Shown piece after piece: positions 24,215-37,476 of a DNA stretch of 64,000 nucleotides; positions within the stretch are counted from its first letter, which is position 1, and the number at the start of each line of letters is the position of its first letter. Position numbers and translations under genes: made by a program. This DNA is from Vicugna vicugna. Lineage: Eukaryota. The notes under the pieces were generated by a model. It did not search any database and was not told the origin of the DNA. It saw only the letters and a list, made by a program, of their open reading frames with translations. Location of the stretch: positions 558,001 to 622,000 of the forward strand of contig MU057796.1 of NCBI GenBank assembly GCA_013265495.1. The letters are read 5' to 3'.

Positions 24215-26545
24215 AAAATAGTGAATAAATGGAGTCATGTGGTACATAATGTTTTGTCATCAACTTTTTTCACTCAGCATAATTCTCTGAAAAGTCACCC
24301 AAATCATGTGTGTATCAATAGTTTGTTCCTTTTTGTTGCTGAGTAGTATTTTGTGTTATGGATATACCACAGTTGGTTTAACCATTCACCTGTTGAAAAA
24401 CGTATGGGCTTTTTCCAGTCTGGGGCTATTATAAATAAAGCTGCCATGAACTTTTGTAATTTTGTATCAACGCATGTTTACATTTTTCTGGGATAAGTGT
24501 CCAGCAGGGAAATTGCAGTTGGAAGATAAGTCCATGATTCATTTGCATTAAGTTTTGTATAAGGTGTGAGGTTTAGGGAAAGGTAGGTTTGTTTGTTGGC
24601 TTGCTTGCTTTTGTATGTTCAGTTGGTCCAGCATTTTTTTTCTAAAGAGAGGAAACTTCTTCCACTGAACTGCACATTTATCAAAAACCAGTTGGGCACA
24701 TTCGTGTGGATCAGTTCTGGGTTTTCTATTCTATTTCATTGATTTATGTATCTGTCTTCCACCAGTTTTATTGGATAAGTTGTGGTAGTTTGTGCTTTTT
24801 GAGGAATTGGTTCATTTCACCTAAATGTGTTGTAACATTCCTTCATAATCCTTACTCTTGTCTGTAGGGTCTGTTTCACCCCTGATGTTTGTCATTTGTT
24901 TATTCTCTTTTTTATATTGGTCAGTCTTGCTAGAAGGTCATCACTTTTATAGATCTTTTCAAAGAATTATCTCTTTGTTTCATGATTTTCTCTGTTGTTT
25001 TGATATTTTCATTTTATCTGCTCTAATATTTATTTTTTCCTTCCTTCCTGCTTGTGCTGGGTTTATTTTGCTCTTCTTTTACTAGGTTCTTCATGAGAGC
25101 TCAGATTATTGATTTGAAATGTTTTTTCTTTTATAATTTAAGAATTTAGTGCTATAATATCCCTCTCATAACTTTCTCTGTGTTCCACAAATTTTGATAT
25201 TATATTTTCATTTGATGTTTATTCAGTTAAATAAGCATTCAGTTTTTAAAATTTCCCTTGAGACTTTCTCTTTGACTCATGATTACTTGGAAGTATGTTT
25301 TATAGTTTCTAAGTATTTGGAGACTCCCCTGTTATCTTTCTGTTCATAATTTCTAGTTTGATTGCATTGTGATCATGTTATTTCCACTCTTAAATTCATT
25401 GAGGCATATTTATGGGCCAAGACATGGCCTATCTTGTTATATATTCCTTTGGCAACTGAAAAGGTGTGCATTCTGCTATTGTTGGGTGAAGTATTCTAAA
25501 AATGTCTACTAGATTCATTACTACTGATTTTCTATCGAGTTAGTCTACCAATTGTTGAGACATGGGTGTTAAAGTCCCCAACTATAATTGTGGATTTGTC
25601 TATTTCTTTTTTCAGATCTATTAGTTTTTTCTTCATATGTTTTTAACTTTGTTATTTTGTGTATATCCACTTAAGATTGTTACATCTTCTTGGTAGACTA
25701 GCCCTTTTATCATTAGGTAATATTCAACTCTGTCTCCAGTATTTTCTATGCTCTGAAGTTAACTTTATATTTTATCTTGTAGCCACTCCTTTTTTCTTTT
25801 GGTTAATGTTTGTATGATGTATCTTTTTCCATCATTTTACTATCAACCCACCTATATCATTATACTTGACGAGATTTTTGTGTACAACATAAAAGTGGGT
25901 CATGTTTTTAAAACCATTCTGTCAATCTTTTCCTCTTGTGAATTTATACTTGTTATATCTCATCTAATTATTGATTTATTAAGGCTTACATTTTCAATTG
26001 TATTTCTTGTTTTCTTTTTTGTTCCCTTTTTATTTTATTTTTCCTTTCTTCTGGGTTACACATGTTTTAGAATTTTGTTTTGATTTATCTTCAATCTTTT
26101 TAAGTGTGACTCTTTGCATAGTTTTTTTAATAGCCACTTTAGGTCTTACATTATGTGTGTGTTTGTATGTATATATATATATATACACACAAATATACAT
26201 ATACACACACGTATATAATCATCATCACCTATCAGTTTGAGTGTAGTATAGAATATTATCTCCTGTTTATAGATGTTTTAAAGTTTTTCTTTACATAAAT
26301 TTAGAACTACATAAGACAGTGCTACAATTCTGGGTTCAAAACTCAAATACACTTTAAAAAACTCAAGAAAAGAAAATGTATTGCATTTAGCCATATTATA
26401 CTCCTCCTCTTGTTCTTTCTTACTTCCTGATGTTTCATGGTCCTTAGTTTACCATTTCCTTTTTGTTTAAAAATTTCATTTAGCTCTTATTTTAGGATTG
26501 TTTTGCTGCCTACAAATTCTCTTACCTTTTCTTCCTTTGAGCACA
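24215..26545 (-). mobile_element. Old LINE-1 (L1MC/MD/ME-like), fragmented, 3'UTR through ORF2 5' region
   Basis: Antisense motifs ttgttgctgagtagtatt..gatataccacagtt; gcattctgctattgttgggtgaagtattcta; cccaactataattgtggatttgtc. Confidence 0.8.
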
Positions 26546-26559
26546 GTGTCTGAAGTTAA

Positions 26560-26640
26560 AAAGGCTGTACTGTGCATTTAAAAATCTGTTACCAAGGTAC
26601 ATGTCACATTAAGTGTTCTTACCACAATAAAAAAAGAAAA
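26560..26640 (+). mobile_element. Short L1MA/MB 3' terminus
   Basis: catttaaaaatctgtta..taagtgttcttaccacaataaaaaaag, same end as 63060-63125. Confidence 0.7.
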
Positions 26641-26679
26641 TTACATACAAGTGTTTGTGTGTAGTGGGGAGGGGTTTGG

Positions 26680-27700
26680 CATTGATTGTGTAGATGTATG
26701 ACGCACACACTATTAAATCTCCTAGCTTTATACTCCATGCCTTTCATTATTCTGTATTCTTTACCCGTGAATTCTGGAAAATGTTTAAAATTTTGTCTAT
26801 TATTTTACAATTCGATTTTCTGAAACACCCAAACTGATGTACACTGCTACCAGTCTGATTTTTATTCTGCAATCATTTTTAAGCCCATGTAGGCTCTCTT
26901 GATCTAAATATTTTTTTCCTTTGTTTTGGATATTATATTCCCTTGAATCACATAAATAACATGAGTTAGGAATTTTCCTCTTGTCTTTTTCATTAAATCT
27001 GTATCAGGAGAGGATATCTGCTCCAATTCTTGGTAGTGTCTTCTTAGTTAGGACTGGAATCTTTTCTCCCAGGTTTGGTCTGTAACATTCCTGTTTGCTT
27101 ATCTACAGCAAGAGATCCACTGGCTTCTGGCTGAATTTGGCATTTAAATAGGGTCTGTCAAAGACTGATGTGGAATTGTGCCCAATTCTTTTATACTGAG
27201 ACAATAGGGAAAGGGAAAACATAAATCTACTGTATGTTATCATTACCAGTTCACAAAATACAGCAGCCTCAGGGAAGTAGAGCAGAAGCTGAAACCCTGG
27301 GCAGTCCCCGCAGAGATCTGGTCTCAGTGTTGTTTATTCTCTGCTTTTAGTGCACTGCCACGCTGGGGTTCGGCTTTCAGGATAACCAATTTCTGTTTGG
27401 TTAGTCCAGTGCCAGGTATGAGCTACAGCAGTACCTGGCAGAGGTAGTGCATCTCTCCCCCACAATGCTGTCATTCAGTTTATTATAGCTCATCCCTCCA
27501 AGAACAAATCTGAGAATCACGCACAGTTGTAGGTGGCTTCTCAGGGTGTTAATTGACATAATGTTTGCAGTGAGTCCTGCCAGGCCCCAGTACACCCACC
27601 TTTGCTTTTTCCCTCTATCATCCATCTGCCTAATGTGTTGTGGAGTTTTCCCACGATCTTCTCACTCATTTTCTTGGGATACTTTCTTTTAAGTACGATT
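26680..27700 (-). mobile_element. Very old L1/HAL1-like ORF1 and 5' region remnant
   Basis: T-rich decayed sequence resembling antisense ORF1 (ttctggaaaatgtttaaaattttgtctatt); weak. Confidence 0.35.
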
Positions 27701-28029
27701 TCTCCTTCTCATAAGAAGGACTTTTAAGTTAGCCTTCTATATATCCTTCTGTTACATTGTTAGTTCCTTCAGTGGGAATCTAGGAGGTGGCCATTAAAAT
27801 CAGTATTTTCAGTACCTTACCCCAAAATGCTTTCTATTAAATGCAACTCTAGTGTGGAACATCACCTTCAAACCCTTACTACTGTTGTCTTTTCCCTTCT
27901 TTTCTTTTTTTTGAACTAAAATTCTTCTAGAGGCTTAAAGGCCAAGTATGGCACCCTAAGAAACTAAGAGGCTTATACCATCAAATTAATTACTGCAATA
28001 ATTGTGGAAGATCTAGCAATCATAACCAT

Positions 28030-28345
28030 TTTATTTAAGCAGCAAATATTTACTTAGTACCAACTATTCAAGTCCCATGCTAGACACTGGGGAAAATATT
28101 TTTAAAATATATATATTGCATTTTTTTCTCAAAACAGTCTTGTGAGATACACAACAATTAAACCCACAGTTATAACTCAGTGTGATATCAAATAAAGGAG
28201 ATGTGACAGGAGCACCTAAATGATATTGTTATAAGGCTGATTGGGAAAGATTTCTAAAAGGACTCGATAATTGAATTTTGAATAAAATAAGTAGAGGTTG
28301 CTCCAAAAGGGCTGCTTGGTGGAGATGGGAAGAGAAAATTTCAAC
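28030..28345 (-). mobile_element. LINE-2 3' end
   Basis: cagcaaatatttacttagtaccaactattcaagtcccatgctagacactgggga. Confidence 0.65.
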
Positions 28346-28373
28346 TGCAGCCAAGTCAGCTTTTGCTGCATTA

Positions 28374-28532
28374 CCATTCAACATCTATATTTACATTCCC
28401 CCATGAGCATCACCCTCAGACACCCATATCTACACTGCCTGTGAGCATCTCCATTCAGCATCCATATCTACATCACCCATGATGAATATCACCATCCAGA
28501 CCCTCTTATCTACATTCTCCCATCATTCAGCA
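28374..28532. repeat. Degenerate minisatellite, ~38-41 bp x 4 units
   Basis: Recurring cca(t)tca..catatctaca..c(c)atgagcatc units. Confidence 0.7.
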
Positions 28533-28949
28533 TGACTGGCTCTACCCCAATAAGTCAATAGAAGGATTTTAAAAAAAGAGAGAGATGGCAAGTTTTCTTG
28601 GTCCCCAGAGAGACACGTAGAAATACAACAAGATTTGAAGAAAATGGTCTTCATGCAGCTCTCTCTGTTTATTTCTGTTTCTAGTGTCACTATAGCTGTG
28701 AACACTGTGGGAAAGAGCGTCAGAATCAGATGAGTGGCTCACACCTGACACATCCCTGTAGACACTGCTGACACACAGGGAAAGAAGCTCCACCTGTGAC
28801 TTACAGCAAGATAAATCCACAGTTGTTCTTTGAGTTTATAAATACTCAGAACACTTATGTTGGGATGCAGGGGCATGACCTAGGCAAGAATGAATTCAGG
28901 GAAAGGATCCAGGAGTGTGTACTTAATCAAGGAGCTCTCACAAATGAAA

Positions 28950-29550
28950 GGAGACTTTAGTTGGGCCATGGAAGGTAAATTATAAAAGGCAGAGGAAAGG
29001 AGATGGGCAAAGTCTTGGAATCAGGTAAAACCTTGACTTGTTCAGAAAAGAGTGAAAAAAGGAATGTGAATAGAGAAAGCATTCAAAACAATACTATGGC
29101 TGGAAACGTGAGTCAGTGCCAAATTGTAGAGGATGTTAGTTGTCACATGGAGAAGTTTGAATATTATCTTTTTTGAAACTGCTTGAGGATAATGACATAG
29201 TTTTAAAAATAAAGTTTAGGGAAGATTAACATGTGTGCATAGAGTGGCTAATTTAATAAAAAATTAAATAAGCATTCAATATATCCTTCACTCCCCCATC
29301 CCAACACTTTCTCCTCCCTTGTTTAACAACACACTGTACTATACACCTCACGTCCAACTACTTTCATCTTTGTCCTTTATTTTTTTGCCTAGAATTCTTA
29401 CTGCTTTCTCCTCTTCCTTTCATTCATTCATTATTCATAATCTATTCATTTGAGACAAATATTGTTTACTGTGAGCCAGACACTTCATGCAGTGTCAGGT
29501 TAGAGTAATGAACAAAATAGTCATGGTTCATGCCTGCTTAGAGTTAAGTA
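28950..29550 (-). mobile_element. LINE-2 fragments
   Basis: ccaaattgtagaggatgttagttgtcacatggagaagtttgaatattatct; cattcattcatt..tttactgtgagccagacact..gaacaaaatagtcatggttcatgcc. Confidence 0.55.
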
Positions 29551-29599
29551 TAATATACTCCATTGTTCAATCTTTGGTTCTATTCTTGTCTAATTCACC

Positions 29600-30400
29600 C
29601 TCTTACCCACAGTCCTATGCCATCCCATGACTTTAACAACCACTGATTCATACCCATCGTACGGTCTTTTCCCCTAGGCTTCATATTTAAATGCCCACTT
29701 CCCAACTATCTCCCTTCTCCTAGATACCTTGGAGATGCCCCAGGCTGGACATGTCCAAACTAAAATCATGATCTCATCAGTACTCTACACACCAAACCCT
29801 TCTCCAAAGACCTCTATTTCAGTTCAACATACCAGACACCATCCAAGTAACCAAGGTAGGAAATTTGAAATTATTTCCTCTTTATTCTTTGTTTCTCATA
29901 TATAAGTTATCTCCAACCTTCTAGATAACAGTTCCAAAATGGCTCCAGAATTAGCCCCATCTTTCTTCATTGTCCTCAGTGTTACTCAAAGACTTTGCCA
30001 CTTCTCTCTTTGGTTATTTAGAGATACTATTGTTAGTTTCCTTGCCTCTGATCTCACTAGCTCCAATGCATACTCATATTCCTTCATGAAATACAAACAT
30101 AAACACAATTCTGATTGTCACTCCCCTGTGTAAAACCTTCCTATGCCACCCCGTTGGTTATAAAGAGTCGCATTCTTTAGGGTTACATTCTGGAGCATTC
30201 ACATTCTGGATCCAGCTGACATTCACCTCATCTCCAGCTACTGCCTTACTACCCTGTGTACTTTCATGCCTTTATCTTTGTTCTGCTGGGAGACTCTATT
30301 CACCTTTTAAACACGAGACATCTTCCTCAATCCCATCCCTGGACAGGATGAAACTTATCTCCCTCTATCTGTGTTTTTCTCTTTCATAACATGTATTGGG
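29600..30400 (+). mobile_element. LINE-2 fragment
   Basis: atcccatgactttaacaaccact..gacatgtccaaactaaaatcatgatc..tctgattgtcactcccctgtgtaaaaccttc. Confidence 0.7.
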
Positions 30401-30429
30401 AAGGAATGAGGTTTTATGAAAAAAGAAAT

Positions 30430-30755
30430 GGACTGTGGAGTTAGAGAAACTTAAAGCTACTTCAGATCTTAGACTCACAATTCAGTATTGGGGTGACTTG
30501 AGCAAGTTACTTAACCTCTTAGAACCTTGGTTTCTAGAATGAGGACAGTGACAAAATATACCACATAGAGTTGTGAAAATAAAATATGTAAAATGTTTAG
30601 TTTTAGGAGATTAATGTTTTTAAAAGATAAAATTGCATTGTATTGTGTACATGTGTATGAAATGCCAACAACTGGATCTAAGATGATATACTTATATTTG
30701 TACCCACAGAACATGTGCACGATAGGTGCTCAATAACACTTTAATAAATAAAGGA
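30430..30755 (+). mobile_element. MIR SINE
   Basis: gtgacttgagcaagttacttaacctcttagaaccttggtttc..aatgagga..taggtgctcaataa. Confidence 0.75.
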
Positions 30756-31190
30756 ATTACTCTGTCTCTGCAATGCTATGATGAACTAACTAAAAATAAC
30801 TTGATGAGGGCTTTGCTAAGCAACACAAGATTCATAATCCTGTTTTCAAGTCCCTTGAAGAATCTTTGAAAAATATATTTATAGATATAAGCTCTATCAA
30901 AAAAAATTTAAGTACACAACTATTTCCTTAATTTTTTTCAGTATCCACTTCCCTTTTTGTACTCCTCTACTTAGCCACAATAATATATGTGTTCCAATCT
31001 CTACTCATAACCAAATAAATTCTGTATTAAATATCTCATGAGATTGGTTCAAATTATTTATATGGGTTTGATTGGACAGAAAGGAGATGTTACAATGACT
31101 TCTTAACATCCTATCCAATGGGTCTTGGTTCAGATTTTTAAAATGTCAGCTCTCCACTTCCCAAAACTAAATTTAGATACTGGCAGGCAT

Positions 31191-31707
31191 ATGTGGAATA
31201 GATAAACAAGATTACACTGTATAGCACAGGGAAATATATACAAGATCTTGTGGTAGCTCACAATGAAAAATAATGCAACAATGAATATATGTATGTTCAT
31301 GTATGACTGAAAAATTGTGCTCTACACTGGAAATTGGCACAGCATTGTAAACTGACTCTAAAATTTTGAGTTTTGTGTATGGTGTAAGGGAGTGTTCTAG
31401 CTTCATTGCTTTACATGCTGCTGTCCAGTTTTCCCAACACCATTTGCTGAAGAGACTGTCTTTATTCTGTTATATATTCTTGCCTGCTTTATCGAAGATG
31501 AGTTGACCAAAAGTTTGTGGGTTCATTTCTGGGCTCTCTATTATGTTCCATTGGTCTATATGTCTGTTTTGGTACCAATACCATGCTGTCTTGATGACTG
31601 TAGCTCTATAGTATTGTCTGAAGTCTGGGAGAGTTATTCCTCCAGCCTCTTTCTTTTTCTTCAGTAATGCTTTGGTCAAAAATAAAAAATAAAAATAAAA
31701 ATAATAA
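31191..31707 (+). mobile_element. Young LINE-1 3' end with an inverted ORF2 segment (31363-31675) before the A-tail
   Basis: 31191-31361 matches 62563-62735; 31363-31675 is the reverse complement of ~61205-61525 ([24 protein letters not shown]); (aaaaat)n tail follows. Confidence 0.9.
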
Positions 31708-32299
31708 GAGTCAGGGGAAAAAAAACTCTGTACACTCTGGATTCAGAAGCTCATATAGAAGCAGCCCATATCAAAATTGACATAACTGTACTGTGATCCC
31801 CTGTAACTTCTAAAACAATCTGTTTGTGGTCATGCTTGGCCCCTTCATTTATTCCACATGACAAGGATGATGCCATTCATCTACTCGTTCACTGACTATT
31901 GAGGGGCTCCTCATGTTCAGAACCTCGTAAATGCATTATACATGTACACAAGACTTGGTTTCTACTTTTCAACAATATCTGAAGTTGAATTTAGCTTTTC
32001 CTCTAACTCTCTAATTTCCATTCTCTTATTTTTCATTTTTATGTAAATAAAGCAATTAATATCCACAGATGTAAGGGGTGTTGACCCTCTCTTACATGCT
32101 TGCAGACTCTTGACTCCTCCATAACGTGAGTGATCTGAGTGATCATCACCTGAGTCATCTCATATGGTTTGGTAAAATGCTAGCCGGCATGTGTGTTTAC
32201 TTTAGTCTTACTTTCTGGAAAGTGGAAACTCCAGCCTGCAAGAAAAAGTCACTCACAACGTCATTGACTATGACCCCTTACGTACAAGACTGTTTGTGA

Positions 32300-32680
32300 A
32301 TGTCTATTTTTTATTTATTCCACATATATTTTAAGCTCTCTTTCCAGGTAAGATGTGCTAAGATGTGAGGGCACAGATTGAGCAAAAACATAGTTTTTAG
32401 CCTCGTGGAGTTTATGAAGGAAAATTCATCAAATCCTCCCACTCAGAAAGATGTAAATCTATTAATGCAGTAAGAACTATGACAGAGAGGGATAAAGCAC
32501 ACGGTAGTGTTTAAGAGGCCTGGGTGTTCAAGAAGGAAACTGGACTAGTCAAGGGATCCTGAAAGGCTTCCACATGGAAACACTGACTCACTAGAGAAGT
32601 GAACATTGTGTAACGAAGCTGGATTTATTTGAGGAAAGAGAGGGAGAAGCTCCAGTAATAGGGAAAGCACGTCTCAGGAC
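32300..32680 (-). mobile_element. LINE-2 3' end
   Basis: atttattccacatatattttaagctctctttccagg..tgagcaaaaacatagtttttagcctcgtggagttta..gaaaggcttcc. Confidence 0.6.
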
Positions 32681-32869
32681 TCCATAAGATGCTCATGCTG
32701 GTGTTGGAGATGGATGATTTCAAAAGACTTCTCACAGAGTTGTGATTTATATCAACTTGTACTGGATGTAATTAATAACATTCAGAAAACATTGATCTGA
32801 CATAGGCTGGGTATATTCAGTGAAGGAATAATCTTGATATTATGTAATTTATGTTTTAAAGGATCCAGA

Positions 32870-33060
32870 AGCGAGTAGTGAAAGAAACATTAGCTTTAAT
32901 ATCAAGCATATCTGGATCTGAATTTTGGCTTAGATACTTCCTAGCTGAATGACCTTGAAGCAGTTGTTGACCTTCTCTGAGTTCACTGCATAGGTTTATT
33001 TGGGGGACTGAATGAGTGAGACAGCAGGTGTACAGTATCAGGCACTCAGTAAATGTAACT
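32870..33060 (+). mobile_element. MIR SINE
   Basis: tctggatctgaattttggct..acttcctagctgaatgaccttgaagcagtt..ggcactcagtaaatg. Confidence 0.75.
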
Positions 33061-35859
33061 TTCCTTAAAGACCCATGTATTTAAATGATCCTGCTGTCCT
33101 CAGGGATGTTGCTCCTTTGTGTTTTATTGTTTGCATATTGCTAATGATCTTGAATTAATTGGCTTGGCATATAATTATGTGCGATAATTATTTAGGAGTG
33201 TGAACAGATTAATTTATTCTTGCTGTTTCACCTTCACATGTTTAAGTGGTTCTGTTCTGCATTTACCTCCTTCAGGAGCCTTTATGTATTTCTCTCCTAT
33301 TGATGAAAATGTGATAACACATGATCCCTTTACTGTTGTCCTTTTTTTTTTTTAAGTTTTGTTTCCTCACCTATATTGAAAGCCAAGGACTCAGTCTTAG
33401 ACCTCATCATAGTCTCACTGACTAACAGGATGTGCCCCTCATATCAGAAGCTCAATAAACATTGGCTGATGATAATCACAGACAAAATCAAGTCAAAAAG
33501 TTTTCTGATACAGAACCATTCTACCTGGCCTCCATGGTTTTAAATATGGTATCTTTAAAACTAGATGGGAAGCAGTGTTACCTATCATAGCTGTTTATAA
33601 CAACATAGAAACAGACTTTTAATGAATAATAGAACTATAAATAGTGAAAAGTATAAACTAGAATAAAGTGTGCATAAGTTTGAGATAGTCCTAGAGGAGC
33701 ATTAATGAAGTAAAATTCTGTGTAAGTCAACTTTCGTTAAGATAACTTATAATGTACCTGATTTTATTTTTACCTTAGCTATGAAGGTTGCCATTCACAG
33801 TGTAAATAGTGACAACATTTAGTAAACTCAATACTTTAAACTTGTTGAAGTTATTCACTGGGGATTAAAATTCACTTAGTTTATAAATATAATTATAACA
33901 CTATAAGCTCTAATCCTATAATGGTAGTCAACTCTAACCTTTACAACTATAGTAAACTATAACCCTACAAAAGAAGTTGATTTTAGGCCCTTGAAATTCA
34001 TTAGAAGACCTTTAATTAATGAAGCATCAGAGCATAAACAAATTCCTAATACCATGGGATCAAAGTCAGTGTACAAAAAACTGGCATTTAATTAAAAATA
34101 GAAATTTGCACTTGGGACTCCTGAAAAAAGAAAAATCATGGAATATGACATTATGTGGGTTATTGGACAAATGTGGTGAATTTATGTAGGCGGCCATCCA
34201 CCATCCCTCTGCCAGAAAGAACTTCTGTTCTCGTGAATTCTTGACTGGCCAGGCTAACCCCTTCATTATGATAGTGATTTCAAGCTTGGGATCATCATTT
34301 CCTATTGCAAAAGTGGAAGAATAGGAGACATTAGGGTTGATGTTTTCGATTACTTCTCTCTGTTAATTTTCTTTTTTTTAATCTTTGTTAACTTTAGAGT
34401 GCAAACTCAATCATCACACTTCCAAATTGTCTAATTGCCCTTGTTCTCATCACCAGTAAACTGATGCCACTTAGTGAATAATTATGAGTCACCAGAATCA
34501 TGACCAGACTTGGTTCACTCTTGCTTTGAAAATGAATGTTGTGGTACCTGCAGTAAGGTGTCTGCCTGATCTGTCTACAGTATCCATGAATGTTCCTTAA
34601 TATGACTTGACCCACTGTGCACATGGGAAGAGAAACAGATAGAGAATCTGATGTTTTATTCAACCAAGGTGATTAGATGCAACAGTGTTTGTGCTTCACT
34701 GGATAAAGTCATTCTATGTAAGAACATCTCTTAATATAGTTTATCCAGTGAGTAGTTCATATTGGACACATTTCTCACATTCTCAACAGTGAAATGCAAA
34801 ATATTGCCTGACTCAACTATGACTACATTAGAGGTGGTACTGGTTTCATGGGATGCTTCTCCAGGAGTTCAGGTAGAGCTCTGTGAATATAGTTCCCTTT
34901 AGTTCAAATTGTTTGATGTTCCAGAGCATTAGGGACACAAGGAAACAGCACCTGCAGTAGCTACCTTCTCTTTAGCAACTTTGTTTCTCATTCCATCTGA
35001 ATCTCTTGAATAAGTAAAGGTCTGATCCACTGTGGATTCATAATCATAATTTTTCTTCTCTCCTGTTATTTCCAGGGCCAAATCTGTCCCTAAAGAGTAT
35101 GGTACTTGCTGTCTCACAATTTTTAGATCGAAATGCTCTTGATCTCCCATGGATGTTAGTGCCACGATTATGCATTACCCTCTTTTGAATCTTAAATCTC
35201 TCCCTTTTCACTGATAACTTTCCAGACCCAACTTCCTGCTTATCTTAAAATATTTTAAAGTTTCTTCTTCTTCTGTTCACCTTCTTATGATTCTCCTTAC
35301 TTTTAGTTCTCAAACCCATACTTTCTATCCACCACTTATGTCTTTATCTTAAGTGCAGTCTCTCCTCTGAGCTTTAGATCTTTATCTCCAATATGTCGCG
35401 ACACATTCCAATTTTTCTCTTTAATTCCAAACCCAATATGTGAATATTAATTTTACAAGCTGGCACATAGTAGAATATTTAATAATTTTTTAATAAATAA
35501 ATGAATAAAAACTCTTTAAGAGATGTCCAAATGTTTCCAGATTCCCTTGTTTACTACTCGGTGACTTTTTTTTTTATTAGTTACCTCTTTTCAGTTCCCA
35601 TCATCACCCTTTTAGTTCTTGCCTTCATTATTTTATGCCTAACTAAAACAGTCTTCTTTAAAAAGAGCCTACATATTGCTACCACTTGACTTTTCTGCAC
35701 TGAAAATTTAATTATATCACTTCCATACTAATAAATCTCCCTGTCTCCCTTCCTAATACAAAGTCACCATTAGAGCTAGATCTAATGGTTTTTGCATTTA
35801 TGAATTTCGCAGGCATGCTAAATTGTCTTTTTAAGTGATGTAACAACACTAAACATCTC

Positions 35860-36370
35860 CCTAAAAGAAATGAACTATCAAGCCATGAAAAAGACATGGA
35901 GAGATTTAAAATATATATTACTTAGTGAAAGAAGCCAATCTGAAAAGGCTACATACTGTTTAATTTCAATTACATGACATTCTGGAAAAGGCAAACCCAT
36001 GAAGGCAAGAAAATGATCAGTGGTTGCCAGGGGTTTGGAGAAGGGAAGGATGAATAGGCAGAGAACAGAGGATTTTTAGGGCTGTGAAACTATTCTGTCT
36101 GATAATAGTGGATACATCTCATACATTTGTCAAAGCTTACAGGATGTACAACACCAAGAGTGAACATTAATGTAAACTGTGGACTTTGGGTGATAGCAAT
36201 GTGTCAATGTAAGTTTATCTATTGTTAGCAAATGTAGTATTTTGGTATAGGATGTTGATAGCAGAGGAGGCTGTGGGCATGCAGAGTCGGGAAGTATATG
36301 GGAACGCTATACTATCTGCTCAGTGTTTCTGTGAATCTATAACTTTTCAAAAAAATAAAAGTCTATTTGA
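35860..36370 (+). mobile_element. L1MC1-like 3'UTR
   Basis: aaagaaatgaactatcaagccatgaaaagacatgga..gtacaacaccaagagtgaac..ggactttgggtgat..aaaataaaagtctattt. Confidence 0.85.
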
Positions 36371-37337
36371 AAGTCTCCCCAAAGCCTTGCCATTGACTGT
36401 ATGATTTTAGATTTTTGCTCATAGGTTAGGTAAAAGTAGTATCTCAGATTAGTTGTAATTTTTATTTCTCTCATGAACAAAAGAATTTCTTTTCTGTGAA
36501 CTCCATTCATGTCCTTTGTTTATTTTTCTATGGAGTTGTTGGGTTTTTTTCTTATCCGTTATGAAGAGGTTTTTTTAATAGTTCTTTAAAGAGTTCCACT
36601 ACATGTTTCTTTGCTTTGTTCAAGTTTAGTTCCTTATACCTATACGGTTTTTACTTTGTTCTAAAGATTCTTATTTAGTTACATTTTTATATACTACGAT
36701 ATATATTAGTCTCCTGCCATAAACATTGATCAGATGAATTTATTTCATCTTTGACCCTTTCCCTTGTCTCTCTTCCAGTTTAGTTTCAGCCACTAATGTT
36801 ATTTAGTGCCTAGTTTTGTACTCTTAAATATACTTTTATTTAAATAAAATTGATTAGTTCATTTGTTGTTTTTAAATGATATCCTTTAACCAAGCTATCG
36901 GAGGTGATAGAATCAGTAAACTCACTCTACCTCCTTTTTTTTTCTCTTCCCTTCTCAATTTTTGATATTTCTGGTATTTCTGCATTTTAGAACATACATT
37001 ATTTACATACCTTTTTTCACTCCAATCCCCACATCTGTTGAGGGCTCATTCTTCAGTTCAGCATTTGCAACGCTCATCAACAGTACTTTCACCATCCTCT
37101 CCCCAACCATCCCTTGCTTGGATAAAATCATCCACTAGTATTTTATTCAAGAAGCATTTTATGGGAGAATATTTCTTGAATTCTGGCATGGATTTGCCTA
37201 TTTACTGGAAGAACTTTCTAAATAGCAAACTGGTCATTTTCTTTCTTAAAAAATCTTGAATGTCACTTTATTATCTTCAAACGTTGAACATCACTCGGCA
37301 GAAACATGATGTCAGCCTAATGTTTTTCTCTTAAAGG

Positions 37338-37476
37338 AGGGTGATAATAGGTCCTAGTTTGTCCAAGAGTCTTGCCATATGAATATCTCAGCATCTCACT
37401 GCATTTAGCATTGGCCTTGTCCCCTTTTACTCTCAAAAGTGCCCTACTGTGGATGATAAATGAAATGGCCGTCCTA
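37338..37476 (-). mobile_element. MER94-like hAT-Blackjack MITE
   Basis: Ends gagggtgataata ... aaatggccgtccta; diagnostic ccccttttactctcaaaagtg..ggatgataaat; ~135 bp. Confidence 0.7.

Noticed and set aside
28374..28532. CRISPR-like repeat-spacer array
   Set aside because: Units are degenerate along their whole length with no unique spacers; eukaryotic context with no cas genes.
34929..35165. 78-aa minus-strand ORF with protein-like composition
   Set aside because: No recognisable family or splice context; partly overlaps L2-like sequence; length is compatible with chance.
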